A stretch of 64,000 bases of DNA from Planctomycetota bacterium (GCA_036479435.1 JAZGFI010000243.1:41227-105226), one strand, 5' to 3'. Positions 31,739-40,794 are shown, numbered from the stretch's first letter. Notes: generated by a model not told the origin, from the letters alone. Made by a program: numbers and translations.

Positions 31739-33753
31739 CTGTCGTCTCTCTTTCTCGTAGGTCTCGGTTTTGAGGGCTTGTCTTTCTTCCATCCCGCTCG
31801 ATGTGGCCGGTACCCCACCGAGTCTTTGCGGGCTGACTTTTTATCGGCTCCCTGGGCTTTCGCTCGGCGCGCCAAGATCGCCTCGCGTGGAGGGCGACCG
31901 GAGATCAAACATTCCTTGCCTTCACCAATCAAATCACTGCGGCCAGCCTCTTCGAGCGCACGCCGCACTTCGAAGTAGTTGTCGGGCTTAAAGAACTGCA
32001 ACAAGGCGCGTTGCATCTTGCGATCGCGAACCTTGGTGGCAACTTTGATCGGCTTCATCGTGATCGGATCTATCCCGGTGTAGTACATGGTCGCGGCCAC
32101 GTCCATTGGCGAGGGGATAAAGTCCTGGACGGCATCGGGTCGGTGGCCGTGGCGCTTAAGGTAAAGGGCGAGGTCGATCATCTCCTCCAGCCCGCTCCCG
32201 GGATGGGACGAGATGAAGTAGGGAACGAGAAATTGTCTTTTTCCCGCCTTGCGACTACCCGCGTTGAAGGCATCGACAAAACCGGAGAAGTTGTCGATCT
32301 TCGGTTTCTTCATGGCCTTGAGTACGTCGGGGTGCGTGTGCTCGGGAGCCACCTTGAGCATCCCGCCGACGTGGTGCATGGCGAGTTCTTCGACGTACTC
32401 CGGGTCGAGCTGCGCCAAGTCAGTTCGGATACCGCTCGCGACGAACACTTTGCGTACGTGCTTTTTCTCGCGCACATCCTTCATCAGCTTTTTTAGTGGG
32501 CTGTGGTCGGTGCCGAGGAGTTTGCAGATTTTGGGGTGGACGCAGGATAAGCGGCGGCATTTGGCCTCGACCTCGGGCTTCGTGCAGCGCATTTCGTACA
32601 TATTGGCGGTCGGGCCGCCAATGTCCGAAATCACTCCGGTGAATCCCTCTTGACCTTCCAAGGCGTCTACTTCGCGCTTGATGGAAGCGGCCGAGCGGGA
32701 TTGAATGATTCGTCCCTGGTGGGCGGTGATGGAACAAAAAGTACAGCCACCAAAACAACCGCGCATGATTGTCACGGAGTTCTTGATGGCCTCGTAGGCG
32801 GGAATCTTTCCTTGGTAACTTGGATGCGCGGTGCGCAAGTAGGGGTGGTCGTAGGCCGCATCCATGCCCGCGGTGTCGAGTGGCAAGGACGGCGGGTTTT
32901 GAACCACCGTGCGATCCCCGTGTTTTTGAATCAGGCGCCGGCCGTTCAAGGGGTTGCTTTCGCGGTGAATGATCCGCGTCGCGTTCGCAAAGGCGCGCTT
33001 ATCGGCCTTCACCTCTTCAAAAGACGGCAGTTCAGCGCTGGAGTCCCGAGGAGTACCGGGCCCATTCATCACGGCGTCAAACTCTGGGAGCGTTTCCGTC
33101 TTTCCCAGAAAGTAGGCCGTGCCCCGCAAGTGCCGCAACTCAGCGATTTTTTTCCCGGCATCTAACTCGCGCGCGATTTCGACGATCAAAGACTCGCCCA
33201 TGCCAAAGGCAACTAGGTCGGCCTTTGAACTCACGAGGATCGATGGCTTGACCGTATCACTCCAAAAATCGTAGTGCGCGACGCGACGCAAAGAGGCTTC
33301 GACGCCGCCCGCGACCACCGGAACGCCGGGGAAAGCTTCGCGGCAACGCTGGGCGTAGACGTTAGTCGCACGGTCAGGACGCAGTCCCGATTTCCCCCCC
33401 GGCGAGTAGGCGTCGTCAGATCGCGGCTTTCGGTTCGCCGTGTAGTGATTGATCATCGAATCCATGTTCCCGGCAGAAACGCCGAAGAACAGACGCGGAG
33501 CCCCGAGCCGGCGGAAGTCGTCGGCGGTTTTCCAGCTCGGCTGTGCGATGATCCCGACTCTATATCCTGCGGCCTCTAAGGAACGGCCCAAGATCGCCGC
33601 CGCAAAAGAGGGATGATCGACGTAGGCATCGCCGCTGACGAGGATCACATCGAATTCACTCCAGCCACGGTCGGCCGCTTCTTCACGCGACATCGGCAAG
33701 TGCTGCCTCGGAGCACTCTGCGACGGGGCCACATTTTTGCTTGGCTTCGACAT
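31735..33753 (-). CDS. ygiQ: YgiQ family radical SAM protein
   Basis: GDAYVDHPSF, AGNMDSMINHYT, RGCFGGCTFC (CxxxCxxC), YFISSHPG. Confidence 0.93.
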   Translation of the reverse strand: MSKPSKNVAPSQSAPRQHLPMSREEAADRGWSEFDVILVSGDAYVDHPSFAAAILGRSLEAAGYRVGIIAQPSWKTADDFRRLGAPRLFFGVSAGNMDSMINHYTANRKPRSDDAYSPGGKSGLRPDRATNVYAQRCREAFPGVPVVAGGVEASLRRVAHYDFWSDTVKPSILVSSKADLVAFGMGESLIVEIARELDAGKKIAELRHLRGTAYFLGKTETLPEFDAVMNGPGTPRDSSAELPSFEEVKADKRAFANATRIIHRESNPLNGRRLIQKHGDRTVVQNPPSLPLDTAGMDAAYDHPYLRTAHPSYQGKIPAYEAIKNSVTIMRGCFGGCTFCSITAHQGRIIQSRSAASIKREVDALEGQEGFTGVISDIGGPTANMYEMRCTKPEVEAKCRRLSCVHPKICKLLGTDHSPLKKLMKDVREKKHVRKVFVASGIRTDLAQLDPEYVEELAMHHVGGMLKVAPEHTHPDVLKAMKKPKIDNFSGFVDAFNAGSRKAGKRQFLVPYFISSHPGSGLEEMIDLALYLKRHGHRPDAVQDFIPSPMDVAATMYYTGIDPITMKPIKVATKVRDRKMQRALLQFFKPDNYFEVRRALEEAGRSDLIGEGKECLISGRPPREAILARRAKAQGADKKSARKDSVGYRPHRAGWKKDKPSKPRPTRKRDDR

Positions 33754-33851
33754 GCCTTGTATTCCAGTGAGCTGATTGGAGCGAAGAGCTAAAAGTAGCC
33801 TTGAACAGGATCAGGATCGACCCGCACCATCTTGGACGAAAGCAGCGGGGA

Positions 33852-33888
33852 TAAAAAGAGACGGCATAGCCTTAGTGGCTACGCCGTC
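33852..33888 (-). terminator. intrinsic terminator after tRNA-Lys
   Basis: Minus strand GACGGCGTAGCC-ACTAA-GGCTATGCCGTC followed by TCTTTTTA. Confidence 0.65.
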
Positions 33889-33896
33889 CCTAAAGG

Positions 33897-33969
33897 TGCC
33901 CGCACCAGGGATCGAACCTGGGACCCACGGATTAAGAATCCGTTGCTCTGCCTACTGAGCTATGCGGGC
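33897..33969 (-). tRNA. tRNA-Lys(CTT)
   Basis: GCCCGCATAGCTCAGTAGGCAGAGCAACGGATT-CTT-AATCCGTGGGTCCCAGGTTCGATCCCTGGTGCGGGCA cloverleaf. Confidence 0.96.
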
Positions 33970-34026
33970 GTCCTCGTAAACCGCGGCAAGCGACCCCAAA
34001 GAGTCGCTTGCCGCCCGCTTACCGAG

Positions 34027-34101
34027 GGAGGGCGAGGGGGGTCGAACCCCCGACCTTCCGGATCACAACCGGATGCTCTAACCAACTGAGCTACGCCCTC
34101 C
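34027..34101 (-). tRNA. tRNA-His(GTG)
   Basis: G(-1)GAGGGCGTAGCTCAGTTGGTTAGAGCATCCGGTT-GTG-ATCCGG...GGTTCGAC...CGCCCTCC; G-1 and C73 as expected for His. Confidence 0.96.
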
Positions 34102-34562
34102 ACACCCTCGTCACGAAGACGAGTCATCGCTCGGGTCGGGCTTTTGTTCCCTTGCCCGAGCAACCGCCGCAACCAAGAGCCTGAGCTCCAGTTCCGACTA
34201 GGGGCGGCGTAAACTATCCAAGGCTAAAAGGAGCGTCAAGAAAGCCAGCAAAAGACTTGAGATCAGGACGGCAAATGCGGTCTCAACCGAGGCCTTAGCG
34301 CGAAGCTATCCCCGCTTTGAGCCCCGCGCAGAGGCAACATGAGATCGTCCCCACCGGTGTCGAGCCCCAGCGTTTTCAGGCCAGATGACCCATTTTTGTG
34401 GTTCTGAGGGCTAAAAACCACGGTTCTCGCAAGAATTTGGCCCCTATTCGCGATTTTGAGCCTTGTTCTGTCGGGCAAGCGACTTAGGATTTGCCGGAAT
34501 GGGCGGGAAAGCGGTTCCCAACCCTTTTGTGCAGATAACGGTCACGACAAGGAACTGGAACA

Positions 34563-34778
34563 ATGGCTAAAAAGGCAAAAAAGAAAACTAGCGGTCGCAA
34601 GAGCCTCGACACTTTGATCGTCGGCAGCAAAGTCAAAGCCGCCATCAAAGAAAACGGTTGCATGACTTCGGGTGAACTCCTCGAAGCCCTCAACAAGACC
34701 GTTCACGAAATCCTCGACGGTGCCTGCGAACGCGCGCAAAACAACAAGCGCTCCACCGTTCGCGCTCACGACGTCTAG
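34563..34778 (+). CDS. bacterial histone-fold protein with Lys-rich N-terminal tail
   Basis: Core LIVGSKVKAAIKENGCMTSGELLEALNKTVHEILDGACERAQNNKRSTVRAHDV follows the prokaryotic histone pattern; AAGGA RBS upstream. Confidence 0.88.
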   Translation: MAKKAKKKTSGRKSLDTLIVGSKVKAAIKENGCMTSGELLEALNKTVHEILDGACERAQNNKRSTVRAHDV

Positions 34779-34865
34779 AAAAAAGAGTTCGGTATTGAGC
34801 TAGTTGATCCACAGCTGGGCTTGCAGTCCGGTCCGAGGGTCGTCAAACTCATCCGCGGATGCTTT

Positions 34866-34903
34866 AACGAGCCGGTGTCGCAAGCAAACGATGCCGGCTC
34901 GTT
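34866..34903. terminator. strong hairpin between the histone gene and tRNA-Arg
   Basis: AACGAGCCGGTGTCG-caagcaaa-CGATGCCGGCTCGTT; no clear U-tract. Confidence 0.5.
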
Positions 34904-34914
34904 CATCGAGCAGA

Positions 34915-34987
34915 GCCCCCGTAGGCTAACTGGATAGACCGCTGGCCTCCGAAGCCGGAAGTTCAGGTTCGAGTCCTGACGGGGGTA
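34915..34987 (+). tRNA. tRNA-Arg(CCG)
   Basis: GCCCCCGTAGGCTAACTGGATAGACCGCTGGCCT-CCG-AAGCCGGAAGTTCAGGTTCGAGTCCTGACGGGGGTA. Confidence 0.95.
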
Positions 34988-34997
34988 CTCCGATTTG

Positions 34998-35025
34998 GGA
35001 GGTGCGCGGCGCGCACCTCCTTTTT
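34998..35025 (+). terminator. intrinsic terminator between the two tRNA-Arg genes
   Basis: GGAGGTGCGC-GGC-GCGCACCTCC-TTTTT. Confidence 0.7.
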
Positions 35026-35042
35026 CTTAGATTCAAAAATCG

Positions 35043-35116
35043 GCGCCCATAGCTCAGTTGGATAGAGCACCGGATTTCTAATCCGTAGGTCGCAGGTTCA
35101 AGTCCTGCTGGGCGTA
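35043..35116 (+). tRNA. tRNA-Arg(TCT)
   Basis: GCGCCCATAGCTCAGTTGGATAGAGCACCGGATT-TCT-AATCCGTAGGTCGCAGGTTCAAGTCCTGCTGGGCGTA. Confidence 0.95.
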
Positions 35117-35171
35117 CTTCGCGGCCCTCGCCGCTAAACTGCCATTTGATATTCGACCGCACTTGGGGCTC

Positions 35172-35220
35172 CGCAAATCTGAGTGCGAATTCTGCGAACT
35201 TATTCTTGACCGAGCCCTTA
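35172..35220. repeat. partial second copy (right end) of the MITE at 18990-19168
   Basis: CGCAAATCTGAGTGCGAA(T/C)TCTGCGAACTTATTCTTGACCGAGCCCTTA is identical to 19123-19171 except for one base. Confidence 0.85.
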
Positions 35221-35970
35221 GAGGCGAAGCAACTCGCCCTTGGCCGCCAACCACTCCTCTTGGACGCGCCACCCCGGGCACACTCGATCCAGAGTTGCCT
35301 GAAAGCCAGCACCATGATCAAAGTGAATGAGATGCGTCAGTTCGTGGGCGATGACGTAGTCCAAGACTTTGGGCTCGGCTAAGACCAAACGCCAGTTGAA
35401 GCTGATGGTCCCGGAGTTGGAGCAGCTCCCCCAACGCGTTTTTTGGCCCGCAATCCGAACTTTCCCCACCGTCACCCCAAGCTCGCGGGCCCAATAGCGG
35501 CAGCGAGATTCGCAAACTTCGCGGGCGATGAATCGCAGGAGTGCCTCGAGCGCGCTCTTGATCACCTCAACGTCCAGCGGATCGGCCAACTGAAGTTCCA
35601 CCCGCCCTTGTCGATAGCGAGCGCTCGGCCGGTCTCGGTTCCCTTTGACGTCCAAGGGACAAGATTGCCCAAAAAGCGGAAAATACCCCCCGTCGCCGTA
35701 CTGCCGTGGCGCCGCTTGTTCGCGCAGGCGGTCGACTTCTTCGAGTCTCCCCAATACCCAGTCAGCCTGTTCTCGCAGAAAGGCCTCAGCATCGAGGTGG
35801 TGTTCATGGCCGCTCGGCACGACCACTTCCACCCCCTCCGCATAGCTGACCGAGACTTGGAGCCTTTGGGCTCGCCGACTCGCTCGTAAACGCCAAACGA
35901 CACGGCGACCCGCTAGCTGAATGTGTCTGGCATTGGACAAGGGACATCCCCAAGGAGCGAAAGCGAGCAT
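35218..35970 (-). CDS. YgjP/DUF45 (M48-like, SprT-like) metallopeptidase family protein
   Basis: QKTRWGSCS, FNWRLV, DYVIAHELTHL..FDHG..F; start uncertain. Confidence 0.88.
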   Translation of the reverse strand: MLAFAPWGCPLSNARHIQLAGRRVVWRLRASRRAQRLQVSVSYAEGVEVVVPSGHEHHLDAEAFLREQADWVLGRLEEVDRLREQAAPRQYGDGGYFPLFGQSCPLDVKGNRDRPSARYRQGRVELQLADPLDVEVIKSALEALLRFIAREVCESRCRYWARELGVTVGKVRIAGQKTRWGSCSNSGTISFNWRLVLAEPKVLDYVIAHELTHLIHFDHGAGFQATLDRVCPGWRVQEEWLAAKGELLRL

Positions 35971-36221
35971 ATTAGAGGCTTGGAGGGGCAGATCGGCTCC
36001 ACGCCGCCCCAGAGCCACAAACGAGAAGAATTGGCGAAGATTTCGGGGAGCAGCTCCTATCTCGCCTCGTCTCCCCCTTCCTCGTATTCTGTATCGAAAA
36101 TCAGATTCGAGCCTTTTCTTGATGCCAAAGGCAAAAGAAAGCTATAGAAGCCGTCACGGAAGGACGTTCTTGGGAGCATTCCCACAAGAAGCGAATTCCT
36201 TCCCAAACTGAGGAACCACTA

Positions 36222-37196
36222 ATGAAGCACCTCCGCACCAAATTCATGTCATCACTTGCCGTCTTCGCATTGGCCATGGCTCCGGCACTTGCCCAAGAGT
36301 CGGCGCCCGCCAAAGAAGAAGTCAAAAGCGTCACCTTCAAGTCAAAAGGCCTAGCCGTAAACGACAAAGTTGTCGTCACCGGCAAGTCGAGCATGAGCCA
36401 GACCATGAAGGTCGAATCCGACGGTCAAGTGCTCATGGAAAACAAGTCCAGCACGGAATCCAACATCCGCTCGACCTGTGTGGTGAAAGCAGCCAAGGAG
36501 GGCAAGCCCACCAAAGTCTCGATCGTGTTCAACAAGATCGAGATCGAAGAGGAAGACCCGATGGCTGAAATGCAGGGTGTGGAATCCAAGTCGGCCAAAG
36601 TCCAAGCCTTGGATGGCAAGTCTTTTCTCCTCAACCTTAGCGCGGCCCCCATTGCCGTGACCGACCTAAAAGGCGAGGAGGTACCAGAATCTGAAGCCAA
36701 GACCGTGCGCGAGAGATTGGTTTCAAAATCCGGCAAGTTCATTGGTTTCGGCCCCGACGTCTCCAAGGCGATCCCAGATGGCGCGATGAAGATTGGCACC
36801 AAAATCGAACTAACGCCTTACTTGATCGCCGACATCCTCGGGATGACCGATGACGATCAAATTGGTGATCCGAAAGAATTCATCAGCGGCAGCATGACCC
36901 TGACGGGAACTCGTAAGGTCTTGGGCCATGAGTGCGGCGTCTTCGAGGTCAAAATGAAGCTCGACGGTTCACCCGAAACCGAGGGCGGCCCCGAACTCCA
37001 AATCAAAGGCTCACCGACCGGAGAGTTGCTCGTGGGCCTCGAGAACAAGTGGGTTTACCGCGCCGATGCCAAGGGCGACATCAACTTTACCGGCGAAATG
37101 GAACAAGGCGAGATGATCATTGAGCTCGACGGTTCCGCCAAGATCAAGTCCAACACGGTCTCGATCTTTTCGAAAGACAAACCGAAAGCGGAATAG
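36222..37196 (+). CDS. hypothetical secreted protein
   Basis: Signal peptide ending APALAQ, GAGGAA RBS, beta-rich sequence, own terminator. Confidence 0.8.
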   Translation: MKHLRTKFMSSLAVFALAMAPALAQESAPAKEEVKSVTFKSKGLAVNDKVVVTGKSSMSQTMKVESDGQVLMENKSSTESNIRSTCVVKAAKEGKPTKVSIVFNKIEIEEEDPMAEMQGVESKSAKVQALDGKSFLLNLSAAPIAVTDLKGEEVPESEAKTVRERLVSKSGKFIGFGPDVSKAIPDGAMKIGTKIELTPYLIADILGMTDDDQIGDPKEFISGSMTLTGTRKVLGHECGVFEVKMKLDGSPETEGGPELQIKGSPTGELLVGLENKWVYRADAKGDINFTGEMEQGEMIIELDGSAKIKSNTVSIFSKDKPKAE

Positions 37197-37220
37197 TCGC
37201 TCCGAGCGAGAACTAAACTC

Positions 37221-37252
37221 AAGGGGCGCTTCTTCGGAAGCGCCCCTTTTTT
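37221..37252 (+). terminator. intrinsic terminator
   Basis: AAGGGGCGCTTC-TTCG-GAAGCGCCCCTT-TTTT. Confidence 0.85.
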
Positions 37253-37310
37253 GTGGTTCTAAGGGTCGCTATCAAGTCATCCGACGCTCGACCCTTGGAT
37301 TCAAAAGACC

Positions 37311-38684
37311 GTGCCATCTTCTTCCACACCATCCATCGAGACCAGCGAACTGTCTAGTTTTCGCCGCGAAGCCCGCGACCTGATGAAGCTAGCCGGTCCC
37401 GTCATCGGCATCCAGGTGGGCCTCATGGCGATGGGCTGTGTTGACAACATCATGGTCGGGCACGTTTCCAAAGAAGCCCTCGCGGGAGCGGCTCTCGGAC
37501 ACGCCTATACTTCGGCCTTGTTATTCATGTTCGCGGGCATCTTGATGGCGCTCGACCCCCTCGTTTCTCAAGCGAAGGGAGCCGAAGAAGCGAGCACGCT
37601 GTCCGACTTGTTCCAGCGGATGATCGTGGTTTCTTTGGCCCTCGGCCCCTTGGCTTCTCTTACGATGTGGTGGGGCGATGCCCCCATGCGTTGGTTTCAG
37701 CAGAATGAGACGATCATCCCCGAAGCGGCGCGATATGCACGCACCGTCGGCAGCTCCAGCTTGGCCTTCATATTAGTCGTCGGTTGCCGGCAGTTCTTTC
37801 AGGCCTTGGGGCGCACCAAACCACTGATCGTGGCCATCGTTATCGGCAACCTCATCAACTTAGCTGGCAACTGGTTACTGGTCTTCGGCAACTGGGGATT
37901 CCCCAAGATGGGGCTTTACGGTTCAGCCTGGTCGACTTCGATCTCGCGGTGGATCATGGCCGCCGCCATCTTGTTGGCGGCGCGTCCCCTCATGGCCGAG
38001 TTTTGGCAGGGTTGGAATCGCCGGGCGCACTCTTTTTTGGAATACCGCCGCATCTTTCGCCTTGGAGTGCCCGTAAGCCTCCACGTCAGCGTAGAACTCT
38101 GGGTTTTCTCTGCGGTGACTTTTTTGATGGGAACCCACGGCATTGCGGTTCAGGCCGGGCACAACGTCGCCATTGTCTGGGCGAGCCTAACTTTCATGGT
38201 TCCGCTCGGGATGGGAATGGCGGCCGCCACCCGTGTCGGTCAGGCTATCGGGAGACGTGACCAGCTCGGCGCCAAGACGGCCGCTAAGGTCGCTCTCGTC
38301 GTCGGTGGCGCCATCCAGATTCTGAGTGCCACCCTCTTTTTGGGTTTCCCGGCCCCCCTGGCCGCGATCTTCAGCGAAGACCGCGACACGCAAACCGTGG
38401 CCATTGCTTTGTTGCCAATCGCGGGATGTTTTCAGCTTTTTGACGGTGTGCAGTGCATCGCCTCGGGAGTCCTGCGAGGATTGGGCGACACCAAGACCCC
38501 CGCCCTCCTCGCTCTCGGGGGTTACTGGGGACTGGGGCTGCCATTGGGGGCACTACTCGTCTACAAAACCTCGCAAGGCTTCAGCGGTTGGTGGTGGGGA
38601 CTATGTGCCGGCTTGGGAATCGTCGCCGTTATGTTGGTTTGGCGGATCGTTACCTCCTTCAACCGGGACATCGGGCGAGTTTGA
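37311..38684 (+). CDS. MATE family efflux transporter (NorM-like)
   Basis: VDNIMVGH, GNWGFPKMGLYGSAWST, FQLFDGVQCIASGVLRGLGDTK. Confidence 0.93.
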   Translation: MPSSSTPSIETSELSSFRREARDLMKLAGPVIGIQVGLMAMGCVDNIMVGHVSKEALAGAALGHAYTSALLFMFAGILMALDPLVSQAKGAEEASTLSDLFQRMIVVSLALGPLASLTMWWGDAPMRWFQQNETIIPEAARYARTVGSSSLAFILVVGCRQFFQALGRTKPLIVAIVIGNLINLAGNWLLVFGNWGFPKMGLYGSAWSTSISRWIMAAAILLAARPLMAEFWQGWNRRAHSFLEYRRIFRLGVPVSLHVSVELWVFSAVTFLMGTHGIAVQAGHNVAIVWASLTFMVPLGMGMAAATRVGQAIGRRDQLGAKTAAKVALVVGGAIQILSATLFLGFPAPLAAIFSEDRDTQTVAIALLPIAGCFQLFDGVQCIASGVLRGLGDTKTPALLALGGYWGLGLPLGALLVYKTSQGFSGWWWGLCAGLGIVAVMLVWRIVTSFNRDIGRV

Positions 38685-39686
38685 CTACTCCCAGATCGCG
38701 ATGTCAAACCGCCCCATTGAATTCGCCGCGCCGCGAAACATCCCTTTGGTGTTGAAGATCATGGCGATTTCTCCACGAGCCGACACCGCAATGAGCCCGC
38801 CATCGCCACGCTCGAGTTTGTCAAACACGATGTGACGCGCGGCGTCTTCGAGCGTCATGGCGCGATACTCAACGAGAGCTCCAAGGTCTCTCGCCACCGA
38901 TCGCCGGATGTACTCTTCCCCGGTCCCGGTGCAAGACACCGCGCAGTTGTTGTTGTCCGCCCAAGTACCAGCGCCGATGACGGGGGAATCACCGATTCGG
39001 CCCCAACGTTTGTTGGTCATCCCGCCGGTAGAGGTGGCAGCGGCGAGATTCCCCATCTTGTCCAGCGCGACGCAACCGACAGTGCCTTTGCGGGTTTCAG
39101 TTGAGGCATCGTCGCGGCGAAGAGCCTTCTCGAGAGATCGGCGGCGCTTCGCGGTCGAAAAATAGTGGTTCGGTACGCGCTCTACCTTGGTCGTGTCGGC
39201 GAACTCTTCCGCCCCATCGCCCATCAAAAAGACATGCCGGGTGTTCTCCATGACGCGCCTTGCCAGGGTAATGGGATGCCGAATAGTCCTCACTCCGGTC
39301 ACGGCTCCGCAAGAAAGGTCACGCCCGTCCATGATCGACGCATCCAACTCGTGCGTTGCGTCATGAGTAAACACCGCTCCCTTACCTGCGTTGAATCGCG
39401 GATCATCCTCGAGGCGCCGCACGACGGCCTCTACGGCGTCGAGCGCCGACCCTCCGCTTTCGAGCCGGCGCCGACCTTCCACTAAAGCCGCACGCAAAAC
39501 TTGGCGGTAGCCATCAATCTGGTCGGCCGGAAGATCTTTCGGGATGACGCCTGCACCGCCGTGGAGTGCCAGGGCCCAGGCTGGCGACGGGTGGTCCCGG
39601 GGGCTCATTTCGCCGTCCGCGACCGCCGCACAGCCGACGCTCAACACCAGACAACATGCCAAAAGAGTCGTTAAAAGCCCATTCAC
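38685..39686 (-). CDS. iaaA: isoaspartyl peptidase/L-asparaginase (Ntn hydrolase)
   Basis: ALHGGAG, FNAGKG, GTVGCVALD (Thr nucleophile), TSTGG, GRIGDSP, TGTGE; GTG start with signal-like leader. Confidence 0.92.
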   Translation of the reverse strand: MNGLLTTLLACCLVLSVGCAAVADGEMSPRDHPSPAWALALHGGAGVIPKDLPADQIDGYRQVLRAALVEGRRRLESGGSALDAVEAVVRRLEDDPRFNAGKGAVFTHDATHELDASIMDGRDLSCGAVTGVRTIRHPITLARRVMENTRHVFLMGDGAEEFADTTKVERVPNHYFSTAKRRRSLEKALRRDDASTETRKGTVGCVALDKMGNLAAATSTGGMTNKRWGRIGDSPVIGAGTWADNNNCAVSCTGTGEEYIRRSVARDLGALVEYRAMTLEDAARHIVFDKLERGDGGLIAVSARGEIAMIFNTKGMFRGAANSMGRFDIAIWE

Positions 39687-39831
39687 CGCATCACCCCCTG
39701 ATAATTCCCCACAGTCGTTCTGCAAGCTGTACGATCGCAGAGTTAGATCCGAGATCCAAGTGTTCGGTCTAGATATCCTTCTCGCGTCGCCAATTCCGGC
39801 TGGCGCCGAAAGCCGTTGTGGAGAATCCCCT

Positions 39832-40758
39832 ATGGAGCCGAGTTCCTTTAACGTCGTCATCGACCAAAGTCACTTCAAACTTCGCGAGAGTTCTCTCGAG
39901 TACATCGCGAAAAAGATCGAGAAACTGGACCTTTGGACTCGCAAGTTCCCCCGGCGCTCTTGCCATATCTCCCAAGAGCATTCCGAACGCGAGGGCACCC
40001 ATCGATTCACGATTTCCTTGGATCTCTCCAACGCTACGCTCGTGGGACACGCCGAAGAAAAACACCTTCGCGGAGCTTTCGATCGCGCCTTCAAAAAACT
40101 CATGCGCCAGTTGAATGAGTTCAAACAACTCCTCCGCCGCGAGCACCTAAAGGGCAAGACGCCAGCGGCCGGACACGCGCCGACGCCAGCGAGTTTTCCC
40201 TACGCTTCTCCCGAACACGAACTTGAGGTCTTTCGAAAGGACGCCCAGCAGGCGCGCCGCTCCCTAGAGGATTTCTTGGAGTTCGAGATTCGCCTCTTGC
40301 AGCAGCGCCAACCCGAATTCAAAGTTGACCAAAGCTCTTTCTGCGAACGGGTGATGGAGGAGGCCATCAGCAAAGGTGAGGATAAGCCGCGCCGGGTTAG
40401 CGCCCGGGGTTGGCTTTTTGAGGTGGGGCTTCGCATGCTCGAAGAGGAAGCCGCGAAGGCTCCAAAGGTCCAACCGCAGGCGGGGGCCAACGATCTGAGT
40501 AGCACCGCATCCCTGCTCAAGGCCTTTTTCGTCGAAGACGGTGAGCCGACTCCTCATGACTTTGATCGCTTGCTGGGGGCGCGGCTAGCCGAACTGCCCC
40601 GAGATTGGCGACGGTGTTTCCGTTTGCACTACGTTGAAGACCTCGACGTCGAGTCGATCGAAAGAATCCTCGAACTCTCGCGTGAACAGGTGGAGTTTCG
40701 ACTTCGCGGTGCTTCGGAGTTTCTGCGTGACCACCTTGAAGAAAATGGTGGACGCTAA
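39832..40758 (+). CDS. HPF/RaiA (S30AE) domain fused to ECF-sigma-like region 2/region 4
   Basis: N-term FKLRESSLEYIAKKIEKL...AFDRAFKKLMRQL; C-term LAELPRDWRRCFRLHYVEDLDVESIERILELSREQVEFRLRGA; GGAGA RBS. Confidence 0.75.
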   Translation: MEPSSFNVVIDQSHFKLRESSLEYIAKKIEKLDLWTRKFPRRSCHISQEHSEREGTHRFTISLDLSNATLVGHAEEKHLRGAFDRAFKKLMRQLNEFKQLLRREHLKGKTPAAGHAPTPASFPYASPEHELEVFRKDAQQARRSLEDFLEFEIRLLQQRQPEFKVDQSSFCERVMEEAISKGEDKPRRVSARGWLFEVGLRMLEEEAAKAPKVQPQAGANDLSSTASLLKAFFVEDGEPTPHDFDRLLGARLAELPRDWRRCFRLHYVEDLDVESIERILELSREQVEFRLRGASEFLRDHLEENGGR

Positions 40759-40794
40759 CTAAGACTCATCGCCGTCTTCCCCAGGAATCCATCC

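Noticed and set aside
33983..34161. Hairpins flanking tRNA-His as a separate ncRNA
   Set aside because: These are simple GC-rich stems in tRNA leader and spacer sequence, most likely processing or terminator structures.
33897..35220. tRNA cluster as an integration site for a prophage or genomic island
   Set aside because: I saw no integrase, no phage genes and no duplicated tRNA 3' end; the flanking genes are housekeeping-like.
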